From assembly GCA_963715985.1 (NCBI GenBank), contig CAVQSP010000013.1, positions 544,001-608,000 on the forward strand: DNA of 64,000 bases. Reading direction: 5' to 3'. The position numbers were made by a program, and so were the translations under genes. Shown piece after piece: positions 39,342 through 49,313 of this stretch. Under the pieces are notes generated by a model, which worked only from the letters and a program-made list of their open reading frames with translations, ran no database searches and had not been told where the DNA came from. Position 1 is the stretch's first letter. Each line of letters begins with the position of its first letter. The DNA comes from an uncultured Thermoleophilia bacterium. GTDB lineage: Bacteria; Actinomycetota; Thermoleophilia; UBA2241.

Positions 39342-40532
39342 ATGGGGACCGACCACGCCGCATACTTCGAAGAGGTCGAAGCGCGCTTCGAGCGCGCCCT
39401 CGACTTCGACCTGGGGCTCGAGGAGGAGTTCCAGGTCCTCGAGCCCGAGACGCTCGCCCTCACGTCCGGCTTCGAGGCGTTGCGCGACGCTGCGCCGGAG
39501 CGCCTGCGCGGCCGTATCGCCGGTGAGCTCCTGCGCTCGGAGATCGAGGTCTCCACACCACGCACCCTGCACTTCGGGCAGGCGTCCATGCACCTGCTCC
39601 TCAACCGCTCGGAGTTGTTCGCTCTCGCCGACCGCGAGGGCTACGCCCTGGGCGCCACCGGCACGCATCCGTTCTCTGCCTGGAAGGACCAGGAGATCAT
39701 CGACACGCCGCACTACCGCCTGGTGGAGGACCGCCTCAAGTACGTGGCCTGGCGCAACAACACGTGGGCCGCGCACGTGCACATCGGGGTGCGCGGCTGC
39801 GACCGCGCCGTGGCCGTGTGCGACGCGCTGCGGACCTATCTGCCGCACATCCTCGCGCTGTCGGCCAACTCGCCGTTCATCGAGGGCGTGTGGACCCAGC
39901 TGCATTCGGCCCGCACGCAGACCTTCATGCGCATGTTCCCGCGCTGCGGCATCCCGGATGTGTTCGGCACCTGGGCGGAGCATCGCGGGTTCTACGAGGA
40001 GCTCGTGGACACCGACTGCATCCAGGAGTTCACGCAGATCTGGTGGGCCGTGCGCCCGCACCACCGCTTCGGCACCGTGGAGATCCGCATCTGCGACGCC
40101 CAGACCGAGGCGTGGCAGAGCCTCGCCATCTCGTCCCTCACGGTGGGTCTGGTGGCGCATCTCGCGCGCGTCTACGACGAAGGCATGCCGCTGCCCATCC
40201 TGCCGACGCGGTACGTGGAGGAGAACCTGTGGCGGGCCATCCGCTACGGGATGGACGGCAAGCTCGTCGACTGGGCCACGCGCAGCGAGATGACGGCCGG
40301 CGACGCCGTACGGCATCTGCTCGAGCTGTGCGCGCCGTACGCCGACGAGCTGGGCCTCACGCCGCACCTCGCCGACGTGGAGCGCATGCTGCGCGAGGGC
40401 AACGGTGCCCAGCAGCAGGTAAAGGCTCACCTTGAGGGTGAGAGTTTGGAGCAGGTGTTCGCCGGGACCGTGGCCCGGGCCCACGCGATCTCGCTGCCCG
40501 AGAAGGCGCCGGCGCAGGAGGACCAGGCATGA
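39342..40532 (+). CDS. YbdK-family carboxylate-amine ligase (glutamate--cysteine ligase 2)
   Basis: LGLEEEFQ, GTHPF, HVHIG, ALSANSPF, WWAVRPH..FGTVEIRICD. Confidence 0.9.
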   Translation: MGTDHAAYFEEVEARFERALDFDLGLEEEFQVLEPETLALTSGFEALRDAAPERLRGRIAGELLRSEIEVSTPRTLHFGQASMHLLLNRSELFALADREGYALGATGTHPFSAWKDQEIIDTPHYRLVEDRLKYVAWRNNTWAAHVHIGVRGCDRAVAVCDALRTYLPHILALSANSPFIEGVWTQLHSARTQTFMRMFPRCGIPDVFGTWAEHRGFYEELVDTDCIQEFTQIWWAVRPHHRFGTVEIRICDAQTEAWQSLAISSLTVGLVAHLARVYDEGMPLPILPTRYVEENLWRAIRYGMDGKLVDWATRSEMTAGDAVRHLLELCAPYADELGLTPHLADVERMLREGNGAQQQVKAHLEGESLEQVFAGTVARAHAISLPEKAPAQEDQA

Positions 40533-41202
40533 GTGACACCAACGACGCAGGCCGCGCGCCGACCGAAGAGGAACTCGCGCGCGCTTTTCAGGATCTCAAG
40601 AACGTCCACGCGATCGACGTGGTCAATGAGCTGCTGGTGAGCCTCTACAGCTTCGCCTCCACCAAGCTCGGTCTGAGTGACGCGACGGCCGAGCTCCGGG
40701 ACCTCGGCGACGCCCACTTCGCCATCGAGGCGTTTGGGGCGTTGCTCAAGGTCGTGGACCGGGAGTTCGGCGAGGTCCAGACGCAGGCACTGCGCGACAC
40801 GCTGGCGCAGCTGCAGCTCGGGTACGTCCAGGCGCTGGACCTGCCGGGCGAGCGGCCGACGGAGCCGGCGGAGGCGGAGCCGGCCGGTGAGCCGGCGGGC
40901 GCGGAGTCGGGCGGCGAGCGCAGCCCCCGGAGGCGCAGGCCGTGCCGGACGCCGAAGGGTCGATGCCGGCGGGCGAAGCGGCACCGGCGGAGGACGAGGA
41001 GCCGGCGGGCGAGGAGGCAGCGGCCGAGGTGGCGCCCGAGATGCCGGAGTCTGAGAGGTCCGCCGCCGGGAAACCGCCGGCCAAGAAGGCTGCGGCGAAG
41101 AAGCCTGCCGCCAAGAAGCCTGCCGCCAAGAAGCCTGCCGCCCGCAAGCCTGCGGCGAAGAAGCCGCCGGTCAAGAAGCCACCGGCGGACCCGGCCGGCT
41201 GA
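40529..41202 (+). CDS. DUF1844-like protein with acidic linker and histone H1-like KKPAA tail; frameshifted
   Basis: [22 protein letters not shown] domain; tail in another frame with 15-bp AAGAAGCCTGCCGCC repeats. Confidence 0.65.
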
Positions 41203-41250
41203 GCCGGCGCACGGGCCCCAGGGCTCGCCGGCGTCGCCGGGCGAGCCGCC

Positions 41251-42075
41251 TCACGCGGTGGGCGTGCCGTCCCCCGGGCCCGCCGACCCGCTGACATCTC
41301 CGTACAGTTCCGGGCGGCGGTCGACGAAGTAGGTGTGCCCGCCGCCGTCGCCGGCCCGGACCTCGTCCACCAGGGCCGCGTCGAGGTCCGCGTACAGGAT
41401 CTCGTCACCCGCAGACGCTTCGGCCACCACCGTACCGCGCGGGTCCACGATGCGACTCATGCCCAGGTAGTCGCCGCGCTGGCCCGGCCCCGCGGTGTTG
41501 GCGGCCGCCAGGTAGCAGCCGTTCTCGAGCGCGCGGGAGACCGTGACCGTGCGCCAGATGTGCTCGCGGCGCGCCGCGAAGGCGGACGGCGCGAGCAGGA
41601 GGCGCGCGCCGCGCAGGGCCAGTACGCGCGCGATCTCGGGGAAGCCCAGCTCATAGCAGACCAGCGTGCCGGCCGGCCAGCCGGCGAGCGCGCCGGTCCA
41701 GAAGCCGGAGCCGGGTGCGAACCACTCCTTCTCCACCTGGAAGAGGTGGGTCTTGGCCGCGACGAGCGACGCCTGTCGCGGTCGTAGCACCGCCACGGCG
41801 TTGAGCAGCGCCTCGCCCTGCATCACCGGCAGGCCGAGCACGGCGCTCACGCCGAGCTCGTCCACGGCGGCCTGCAGGCGCGGCAGCGAGCGCCCGGCCT
41901 GCGCGGCCTTGAAGGCCAGCTGCTGGTCGAGCACGTAGCCGCCCAGGTAGAGCTCGGGGAAGAGGACGAGGCCGGCGCCGGCCTCGGCGCACGCCTGTAG
42001 CGTGCTCAGGCAGTGGGCCGCGCGCGCCGGCACCTCGGCGGCCACGTCGCGGACCTGGACGACCGCGAGGCGCAC
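41251..42075 (-). CDS. Carbon-nitrogen hydrolase (nitrilase superfamily)
   Basis: LFPEL, KTHLF, LVCYELGFPE, RALEN. Confidence 0.88.
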   Translation of the reverse strand: MRLAVVQVRDVAAEVPARAAHCLSTLQACAEAGAGLVLFPELYLGGYVLDQQLAFKAAQAGRSLPRLQAAVDELGVSAVLGLPVMQGEALLNAVAVLRPRQASLVAAKTHLFQVEKEWFAPGSGFWTGALAGWPAGTLVCYELGFPEIARVLALRGARLLLAPSAFAARREHIWRTVTVSRALENGCYLAAANTAGPGQRGDYLGMSRIVDPRGTVVAEASAGDEILYADLDAALVDEVRAGDGGGHTYFVDRRPELYGDVSGSAGPGDGTPTA

Positions 42076-42079
42076 GCGC

Positions 42080-42748
42080 TCAGGCTCCCGGCAGGCCCCA
42101 GAAGCGGCGCTCGTCCAGCGAGTCGCCGGGCTCCACGACGATGAACTCGTCGTCGTACGGCCCGCCCATGAGCTTCTCGAAGAAGCGCAGCGAGCCGGTG
42201 AGCGGCTCCAGGGGGAGGTCGTAGAAGGCGCACACCTCGTCCAGGTACGCGCGCTTGTCTGCGACACCGGGCACGCCGGGTGTCTCGATCACGGCCACGC
42301 GCGTGTAGTGCTCCATGATCATGCGGGCGACCATGGCCGCCTTCTCCTCGCCGAACTTGGGCACGATCTTCAGGTACTCCTTGTAGGGGTCCTGGATGAA
42401 GTCGATCCACCCGCGCGTGTAGTAGTAGGTGCCGGGCTGGGCGCGGTGCTCGGTGAGGTAGTCCTCGCGCGAGCCCAGGACGAGGGAGATGCAGTCGTCC
42501 ACCGCCGGCAGCACGAGGCGGTGCGGGCCGGCGTCCAGGCCGGCGGCCCCGTTGCTGCAGCGCCCGCAGCACAGCAGGATCTCGCGCTCGCCCTCGGTGT
42601 CGTCGATGCGCTGCTGGATGGCGGCGCGCATCTTGTCCGGGTAGTCGTGCAGCGCGCCCTCGAAGAAGTCGACCTCGTAGCCCGGGTTCACGCACTCCAC
42701 TTCGTTGCGCAGCACTTCGCAGCTGATGATCTTGCGGTGACGGTCCAT
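42080..42748 (-). CDS. DUF1638 protein (often linked to corrinoid methyltransferase systems)
   Basis: ISCEVL, ALHDYP, GRCSNG, VDDCISLVLGS, GTYYYTRGW. Confidence 0.8.
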   Translation of the reverse strand: MDRHRKIISCEVLRNEVECVNPGYEVDFFEGALHDYPDKMRAAIQQRIDDTEGEREILLCCGRCSNGAAGLDAGPHRLVLPAVDDCISLVLGSREDYLTEHRAQPGTYYYTRGWIDFIQDPYKEYLKIVPKFGEEKAAMVARMIMEHYTRVAVIETPGVPGVADKRAYLDEVCAFYDLPLEPLTGSLRFFEKLMGGPYDDEFIVVEPGDSLDERRFWGLPGA

Positions 42749-42912
42749 GCGCTCATGGTAGCAGGCCCCGGAGGCCCGGTCGTCCCGCGGCAGACGTGTG
42801 CCCCGCCGTCTCGCCTGCGGTAGCATGGGCAGCGCTCTTTCGCGCAGGGCTACGATGTCGCGCGCGGGCGGCGGAGCGCCGCCCGCGCGCGTGAGCTACC
42901 CGGGAGGATCTC

Positions 42913-43767
42913 GTGAGTGTGGACAAGGTGCTTGTCGCAGGAGCCGGCCAGATGGGCGCCGGCATCGCCCAGGTGTCGGCCGTGGCCGGCCTGGACGTCG
43001 TCATGACCGACGTCGCCGAGGAGTTCGTGGAGCGCGGCCTGGCCGGCATCACGAAGGGGCTCGCACGGCTTGTGGAGAAGGGCCGGATGGAGGCTGCTGC
43101 CCGTGACGCCGCGCTCGCGCGCATCACGACGAGCACGGACATCGCCGCCGGCGCCGACGCGGACCTCTTCATCGAGGCGGCGCCGGAGTCCATGGAAATC
43201 AAGGAGGACCTGCTCGGCCGCGCCGCCGCCACGCTGCGCGAGGACGCGATCCTCGCCACCAACACCTCGAGTCTCCCGGTGAGCAAGCTGGCGGCCTTCG
43301 TGACCGTCCCCCAGCGCTTCGTGGGTATCCACTTCTTCAACCCACCGGCGGCGATGGCGCTGGTGGAAGTCATCCGCGGCGAGAAGACGAGCGACGCGAC
43401 GATGGCCGCGGCGCGCGCCTACGCCGAGGCTGTGGGCAAGACGCCGATCAGCGCTTCCGACTCACCCGGCTTCGTGGTGAACCGCATCCTCTTCCCGATG
43501 ATCAACGAAGCGGCGCGCGAGTACCAGGAGGGCGTCGCCAGCGCCGAGGACATCGACACCGGCATGAAGCTCGGCGCCAACTGGCCCATGGGCCCCCTGG
43601 CGCTCGCCGACCTCGTCGGGCTGGACACCACGAGCGCCATCCTCGCGAGCCTCGCCCGTGAGCTGGGCGAACCCAAGTTCGAGCCGGCCGCGATCATGGG
43701 CGAGCTCGTGGCGGAGGGCAAGCTCGGACGCAAGAGCGGCGCCGGCTTCTACGAGTACGGCAAGTGA
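42913..43767 (+). CDS. hbd: 3-hydroxybutyryl-CoA dehydrogenase
   Basis: GAGQMGAGIA, ATNTSS, GIHFFNP, PGFVVNR, PMGP..LAD.VGLD. Confidence 0.9.
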   Translation: MSVDKVLVAGAGQMGAGIAQVSAVAGLDVVMTDVAEEFVERGLAGITKGLARLVEKGRMEAAARDAALARITTSTDIAAGADADLFIEAAPESMEIKEDLLGRAAATLREDAILATNTSSLPVSKLAAFVTVPQRFVGIHFFNPPAAMALVEVIRGEKTSDATMAAARAYAEAVGKTPISASDSPGFVVNRILFPMINEAAREYQEGVASAEDIDTGMKLGANWPMGPLALADLVGLDTTSAILASLARELGEPKFEPAAIMGELVAEGKLGRKSGAGFYEYGK

Positions 43768-43774
43768 CGTCGTA

Positions 43775-44303
43775 GTGAGCCCCGTCGCATCAGGGATACG
43801 TCCAGGTCTATACCGGCGACGGCAAGGGCAAGACCACGGCCGCTCTCGGCCTCGTGCTGCGCGCCCTCGGCCAGGACCTGCGTCCGGCGGTGCTGCAGTT
43901 CATGAAGTCCGACCCCGACTGGGGCGAGATCGTCACGCTGCGGCGGCTCGAGGTGCCGGTGGTGCAGTGCGGCCTCGACCACTGGGTGCTCAAGGGCAAG
44001 GCCACCGACGACGACCGGGCCGCGGCCGCTGAGGGTCTGGCGCGGGCGCGGCGCCTCGTGGAGAGCGGCGACTACGACGTCGTCGTGCTGGACGAGCTCT
44101 GCACCGCGCTCTCGTTCGAGCTCGTCTCCCTCGACGACGTCCTCGCCCTGCTGGCCGCGCGGCCGCCGGGAGTGGAGCTGGTGCTCACCGGCCGCGGCGC
44201 GCCGGAGGCGCTCGTCGCGGCCGCCGACCTGGCCACGGAGATGCGGCCGCTCAAGCACTACTACGAGGCCGGCGTCAAGGCGCGCCCGGGCATCGAGTTC
44301 TAG
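43775..44303 (+). CDS. cobO: Cob(I)alamin adenosyltransferase CobO/BtuR; frameshift near start
   Basis: VQVYTGDGKGKTTAALG, QFMK, VVLDE, VLTGR, GIEF. Confidence 0.88.
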
Positions 44304-44313
44304 GAGTCGCGGC

Positions 44314-44499
44314 GTGACGCACACCCTCATCTATCCGCACACCACCGTCCACAACGCCGCCGGCCACCTGGAGATCGGCGGCTGCGACGTGGTGGACCTG
44401 GCGCACGAGTACGGCACGCCGCTCTTCATCTACGACGAGCAGACGGAAGGTGGCCACGCGAGCGACGAAGGTGAGACGGCGCCTGCGGAGAGCTTCTGA
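44314..44499 (+). pseudogene. Truncated 5' duplicate of lysA
   Basis: 44314-44445 equals 45309-45440 apart from 2 substitutions, then diverges to a stop. Confidence 0.85.
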
Positions 44500-44696
44500 G
44501 CGCGAGCAAGCGCGGTGGCCTGCGAGTGGCGAACGCCGCGCGGTCGTCACGGCACATGGTTTCGCCGATGAGGCGTGCGGGGGAAGACGTGACGGTGGCA
44601 CGGTCTGGCGGGCGAGTGCAGGGTCGCGTCACAGGTCGATGACGGGCGACGGTCGCGCACAGGCCGCCGCGTACGACTGGGACCAGGGAGGCCGCC

Positions 44697-45125
44697 ATGG
44701 CGTACACGATCATCGCGGGCTTCGACGACTCCGCAGCCTCTAGGGCGGCCATCGACATGGCGGTCGTGATGGCGAAGAGGTTCGAAGGCCGCATCGTCGT
44801 CGCCTGCGGACTGGCGCCCAACTACGCGCCCCGACGCGTCATCGAGCACGAGTTCCAGTGGGAAGAGACGCGTCAGGCCTGTGAGCTGGGCATGCGCGAG
44901 GTCATCGACGGCTGTGGCGATGCCTGCCAGCTCATGGAGGCAGTGGCGGTGCCGCTCTCTCCCGTGGACGCACTCGTGGCCTTGGCCAAGGAGCGCGAAG
45001 CGGACTTGATCGTGATCGGCACCAACGGCGAGAGCAGGGTGAAGGGTCTGCTCATGGGCTCAACGGCCTTCGGCGTCATCCAGCGCAGCCCGGTGCCGGT
45101 GCTCGTGGTGCCACCGTCCGCTTGA
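44697..45125 (+). CDS. Universal stress protein
   Basis: IIAGFDDS, ADLIVIG, LLMGSTA..V...SPVPVLVV. Confidence 0.9.
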   Translation: MAYTIIAGFDDSAASRAAIDMAVVMAKRFEGRIVVACGLAPNYAPRRVIEHEFQWEETRQACELGMREVIDGCGDACQLMEAVAVPLSPVDALVALAKEREADLIVIGTNGESRVKGLLMGSTAFGVIQRSPVPVLVVPPSA

Positions 45126-45308
45126 CGGCGTCGCCTCTGCGGCCCTGGGGCCGTGCGCCTTGCCGTGGCTTGAGGAACCGAGTGTAGTCGCGGATCGGCG
45201 CTCTCCGTTCGGCCGCACGGTCGGCGGGCGCCGTGTCCGCGAAGCCGGCGGGCCTCCACGGGCGGCCCCGCTCCGGGACGCCAGGTCCCGGATGGTAGGA
45301 TTGCCGCC

Positions 45309-46628
45309 GTGACGCACACCCTCATCTATCCGCACTCCACCGTCCACAACGCCGCCGGCCACCTGGAGATCGGCGGCTGCGACGTGGTGGACCTGGCGCA
45401 CGAGTTCGGCACGCCGCTCTTCATCTACGACGAGCAGACGCTGCGCGACCAGTGCCGCGCCTACCACACGGCGTTCGGGGCGCTCACCGACCTCTACGAG
45501 ATCGTCTACGCGAGCAAGGCCTTCAGCTGCCGCGCCATGTGCGAGCTCGTCGCCCAGGAGGACCTCTCCCTGGACGTGGCCACCGGCGGCGAGCTGGCCG
45601 CCGCCCGCGCCGCCGGCTTCCCGCTGGCGCGGGTCTACTTCCACGGCAACAACAAGTCGCCGGCCGAGATCGAGTTCGGCCTGGACCTGGGCATCGGGCA
45701 CTTCGTCGTCGACTCGTTCGAGGAGATCGACCGCCTGGAGAGCGCCGCCGCGGCGCGCGGACAGCGCCAGGACGTGCTCGTGCGTGTCACGCCCGGCGTG
45801 CGCCCCAACACGCACGACTTCATCCAGACCGGCCAGCAGGACAGCAAGTTCGGCTTCGGGCTGGCCGACGGTCGCGCCCACGAGGCGGTGCGGCGCCTGC
45901 ACGACGCGCCGCACCTCGAGCTCGTGGGCGTGCACGCCCACATCGGCTCGCAGATCTTCGAGATGGACTCGTACCGGCGCGAGGTGGAGGTGCTCTTCGT
46001 CGCCATCGACGAGTGGCGCCGCGACTTCGGCTTCGTGTGCTGCATCTTCAACATCGGCGGCGGCCTGGGCATCCGCTACACCGCCGCCGACCAGCCCAGC
46101 TCCATCGCCGAGTTCGCCGCCGTGAGCGTCGAGGCGGTGCGCGACGGCGCCGAGCGGCACGGCCTGCCCGTGCCCAAGCTCTTCGTGGAGCCCGGGCGCA
46201 GCATCGCCGGCAAGGCCTGCGTGACCGCCTACACGGTGGGCACCGTGAAGGAGATCCCCGGCGTGCGCACCTACGTGGCCGTGGACGGCGGCATGAGCGA
46301 CAACCTGCGGCCCATGCTCTACGACTCGCGCTACGAGGCGATGCTCGCCGACAAGGCGCTGGCGGAGGAGACCGAGGTCGTGACCATCGCCGGCAAGCAC
46401 TGCGAGTCGGGCGACGTGCTGGTACGCGACGTGCACATCGCGCCGCCGGAGGCGGGCGACATCCTCGTCACGCCGAGCACCGGCGCTTACGGGTACGCCA
46501 TGGCCAACAACTACAACGCGCAGCCGCGCCCGGCCGTGGTCATGGTGGCCGGGGGCGAGGCGCGCGTGATCATCGAACGAGAGACCTGGGACGACGTGCT
46601 GCGGCTGCAGCGCCCCTTGGGGCACTGA
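45309..46628 (+). CDS. lysA: Diaminopimelate decarboxylase
   Basis: YASKAF, SKFG, HIGSQI, GGGLG, EPGRSI, CESGD, GAYG. Confidence 0.95.
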   Translation: MTHTLIYPHSTVHNAAGHLEIGGCDVVDLAHEFGTPLFIYDEQTLRDQCRAYHTAFGALTDLYEIVYASKAFSCRAMCELVAQEDLSLDVATGGELAAARAAGFPLARVYFHGNNKSPAEIEFGLDLGIGHFVVDSFEEIDRLESAAAARGQRQDVLVRVTPGVRPNTHDFIQTGQQDSKFGFGLADGRAHEAVRRLHDAPHLELVGVHAHIGSQIFEMDSYRREVEVLFVAIDEWRRDFGFVCCIFNIGGGLGIRYTAADQPSSIAEFAAVSVEAVRDGAERHGLPVPKLFVEPGRSIAGKACVTAYTVGTVKEIPGVRTYVAVDGGMSDNLRPMLYDSRYEAMLADKALAEETEVVTIAGKHCESGDVLVRDVHIAPPEAGDILVTPSTGAYGYAMANNYNAQPRPAVVMVAGGEARVIIERETWDDVLRLQRPLGH

Positions 46629-46656
46629 CCGTCCTGCGATTCCGGAGGGCATCACT

Positions 46657-47934
46657 GTGGAGAAGGTAGGGATCGGGCTGCTGGGGTACGGCACGGTGGG
46701 CTCCGGCGTGGGCAAGCTGCTGGCCAGGAACGCCGACGACATCACGCTGGCCACGGGCAGACAGGTCTACCTCAGGCGCGTCCTCGAGAAGGACCCCGGC
46801 TTCAGCGCTCCCGGGCTGGACCCGGCGCTGCTCACCACGCGCTTCGAGGACATCATCGAGGACCCCGAGATCGACGTCGTGGTCGAGCTCATCGGCGGGG
46901 TGGGCGCGGCCCTCGACTTCCAGCGCCGCGCCCTCCAGGCCGGCAAGAACGTGGTGACGGCCAACAAGCAGCTCCTGGCGCAGCACGGCGCCGAGCTGTT
47001 CGAGGCGGCCGAGGAGACCGGCGTGCACCTGCGCTTCGAGGCCAGCGCCGTCGGCGCCGTGCCGGTGATCAAGGTCCTGCGCGAGTCGCTGGTGGCGGCC
47101 GAGGTCAAGACGATCTTCGGCATCGTCAACGGCACCACCAACTACATGCTGAGCGCGATGGCCGAGACGGGGGCCGACTACGACGACGTGCTCAAGGAGG
47201 CCCAGCGCCTGGGCTACGCCGAGGCCGACCCGACCGAAGACGTGGGCGGCAAGGACGCGGCCGCCAAGATGGCGATCCTCGCCTCCATCGGCTTCCACAG
47301 CCGCACGCGCCTCGGCGACGTGGACTACGAGGGCATCACCGGCGTCACCGCCGTGGACATCGCCCACGGCAAGCGGCTCGGCCTCGTGGCCAAGCTGCTC
47401 GGCGTGGCCAAGCTCATCGACGGCAGCATGAACGTGCGCGTGTACCCGGCCTTCATCCCCAGGACGCACCCGCTGGCCGGCGTGGTGGGCGCCTACAACG
47501 CCGTGTTCCTGGAGAGCGACGCCTTCGACAAGATCATGCTGTTCGGCCCGGGGGCCGGCAGCGTGCCCACGGCCTCGGCCGTGATCGGCGACATCATCTC
47601 CGTGGTGAACACGGTGAAGGGCAGCTTCGTGCAGAACTGCCTGTGCTACAAGGAGCGGCCGTTCTTCCCCGCCGCCGACATGGTGTCGAGCTTCTACCTG
47701 CGCATGCAGGTGAGCGACCAGCCGGGCGTGCTGGCCAAGATCGCCGCCCTGTTCGGGGACCACGGCGTGAGCATCGCCTCCATGGTCCAGGAGGGCGGCG
47801 GCGAGGCGGCCGAGCTGGTCCTGCTGCTCCACCCGGTACGCGAGGCGCAGTTCTTCACCGCCCTGGAGAAGATGAAGACGTTGCCGGAGGTGCTCGGCGC
47901 CCCGGCCTACATCCGTGTCGAGGGCGAGGGATGA
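46657..47934 (+). CDS. hom: Homoserine dehydrogenase with ACT domain
   Basis: GYGTVG, VVTANK, GIVNGTTNY, GYAEADPT.DV.G.DAA.K. Confidence 0.93.
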   Translation: MEKVGIGLLGYGTVGSGVGKLLARNADDITLATGRQVYLRRVLEKDPGFSAPGLDPALLTTRFEDIIEDPEIDVVVELIGGVGAALDFQRRALQAGKNVVTANKQLLAQHGAELFEAAEETGVHLRFEASAVGAVPVIKVLRESLVAAEVKTIFGIVNGTTNYMLSAMAETGADYDDVLKEAQRLGYAEADPTEDVGGKDAAAKMAILASIGFHSRTRLGDVDYEGITGVTAVDIAHGKRLGLVAKLLGVAKLIDGSMNVRVYPAFIPRTHPLAGVVGAYNAVFLESDAFDKIMLFGPGAGSVPTASAVIGDIISVVNTVKGSFVQNCLCYKERPFFPAADMVSSFYLRMQVSDQPGVLAKIAALFGDHGVSIASMVQEGGGEAAELVLLLHPVREAQFFTALEKMKTLPEVLGAPAYIRVEGEG

Positions 47935-47948
47935 AAACCCGCCGCAGG

Positions 47949-48084
47949 CAAGCTTTCGAGCGGGGCGCCGCAGGTGCACAGCTCCGTACCCCCGTAGAAA
48001 GGCCGCCGAAGGCGCGCCTTCGTGCGGGGCGGCGCAGCAGCACCGCACTCAAGCTATCGAGCAGGGCGCCGCAGGCGACCGCTC
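47949..48084. repeat. Two more copies of the REP-like element
   Basis: CAAGCT.TCGAGC.GGGCGCCGCAGG...GCTC at 47949-47984 and 48050-48084. Confidence 0.6.
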
Positions 48085-48102
48085 TCCAACCAGGAGGCAG
48101 CC

Positions 48103-49302
48103 ATGAACAAGGGTCCCAAAGGCCGCATCGGCATCCTGACGGGCGGCGGCGACATCCCGGGTCTCAACCCGGCCATCCGCGGCGTGACCATGCGCGCGCT
48201 GCGCGAGGGCTTCGACGTGGTCGGCATCCGCCGCGGTTGGGCGGGACTCGTAGAGCTCGTGCGCGACGAGAGCGCCGACCTCAGCCCGTACTGCATCCCG
48301 CTCACCGAGGACATGGTGGAGGCCAACGCCTACAAGGGCGGCACCTTCCTCCACTCCTCGCGCACCAAGCCCAGCGCCGTGCCCGCCAAGGACGTGCCGG
48401 CGCACATCAAGGACAAGTACACGGCGGAGAAGAACGACCTCACCGACGAGGTCATCGCCAACCTGCAGTTCCTGGGCGTCGACTATCTGGTCCCGATGGG
48501 CGGCGACGACACCCTGAGCTACGGAGTGGAGCTGGGACGGCGCGGATTCCCCGTGGTCGCCGTCCCCAAGACGATGGACAACGACGTGCCCGGCACCGAC
48601 TACTGCATGGGCTTCAGCACCTGCGTGTCGCGGACCATCGAGATGGCGCGCCAGGTGACGAGCTCGGCGGCGTCCCACGAGCGCATCGTGGTGCTGGAGG
48701 TGTTCGGTCGCTACGCCGGCTTCACGGCCTTGCTGCCCACGCTCGCCGGCGCCGCCGACCGCTGCCTCATCCCCGAGTACAAGTTCGACATGGAGCGCCT
48801 CACCGAGCTGCTGGTGGCCGACCGCAACGCGCACCCGGACAAGTACTCGGTGTGCCTCGTCAGCGAGGGCGCCATGCCGGAGGGCGGCGACATGGTGTTC
48901 GAGTCCGGCGAGAAGGACCAGTTCGGGCACGCCAAGCTGGGCGGCATCGGGCCGCGCGTGAGCGCCAAGATCAAGGAGCTCTCGCCCAGGTACAACGGCG
49001 GCCAGAAGATCGACATGATCAGCATGAACCTCGGCTACCTGGTGCGCAGCGGCGCCCCGGACGCCGTGGATGCCATCGTGCCGACCGTGTACGGCAACCT
49101 CGCCGTGGACTGCATCCTCAGGGGTGAGACCGGGCGCATGGTGGGCCTGCGCGACGGCAAGTACGGGTCGGTGCCGATCGAAGAGGTCGTCTCGACCAAG
49201 AAGGTCGTGGACGTGGAGCGCTGCTACGACACCGAGCGGTATCGTCCCCGCTACGACGGGCTCGCCGGGCTGCCGATGCTGGTGCTCGGCGGTTCGGTCT
49301 GA
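48103..49302 (+). CDS. pfkA: 6-phosphofructokinase (likely PPi-dependent, GGDD motif)
   Basis: GGGDIPGLN, GGDDT, PKTMDND, EVFGRYAG, LGYLVRSG. Confidence 0.88.
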   Translation: MNKGPKGRIGILTGGGDIPGLNPAIRGVTMRALREGFDVVGIRRGWAGLVELVRDESADLSPYCIPLTEDMVEANAYKGGTFLHSSRTKPSAVPAKDVPAHIKDKYTAEKNDLTDEVIANLQFLGVDYLVPMGGDDTLSYGVELGRRGFPVVAVPKTMDNDVPGTDYCMGFSTCVSRTIEMARQVTSSAASHERIVVLEVFGRYAGFTALLPTLAGAADRCLIPEYKFDMERLTELLVADRNAHPDKYSVCLVSEGAMPEGGDMVFESGEKDQFGHAKLGGIGPRVSAKIKELSPRYNGGQKIDMISMNLGYLVRSGAPDAVDAIVPTVYGNLAVDCILRGETGRMVGLRDGKYGSVPIEEVVSTKKVVDVERCYDTERYRPRYDGLAGLPMLVLGGSV

Positions 49303-49313
49303 CGGGGGGACGC

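Noticed and set aside
43764-43800. TAG read-through start for cobO (GTG ACG TCG TAG)
   Set aside because: TAG is followed at once by in-frame TGA; a frameshift after GTG 43775 is simpler
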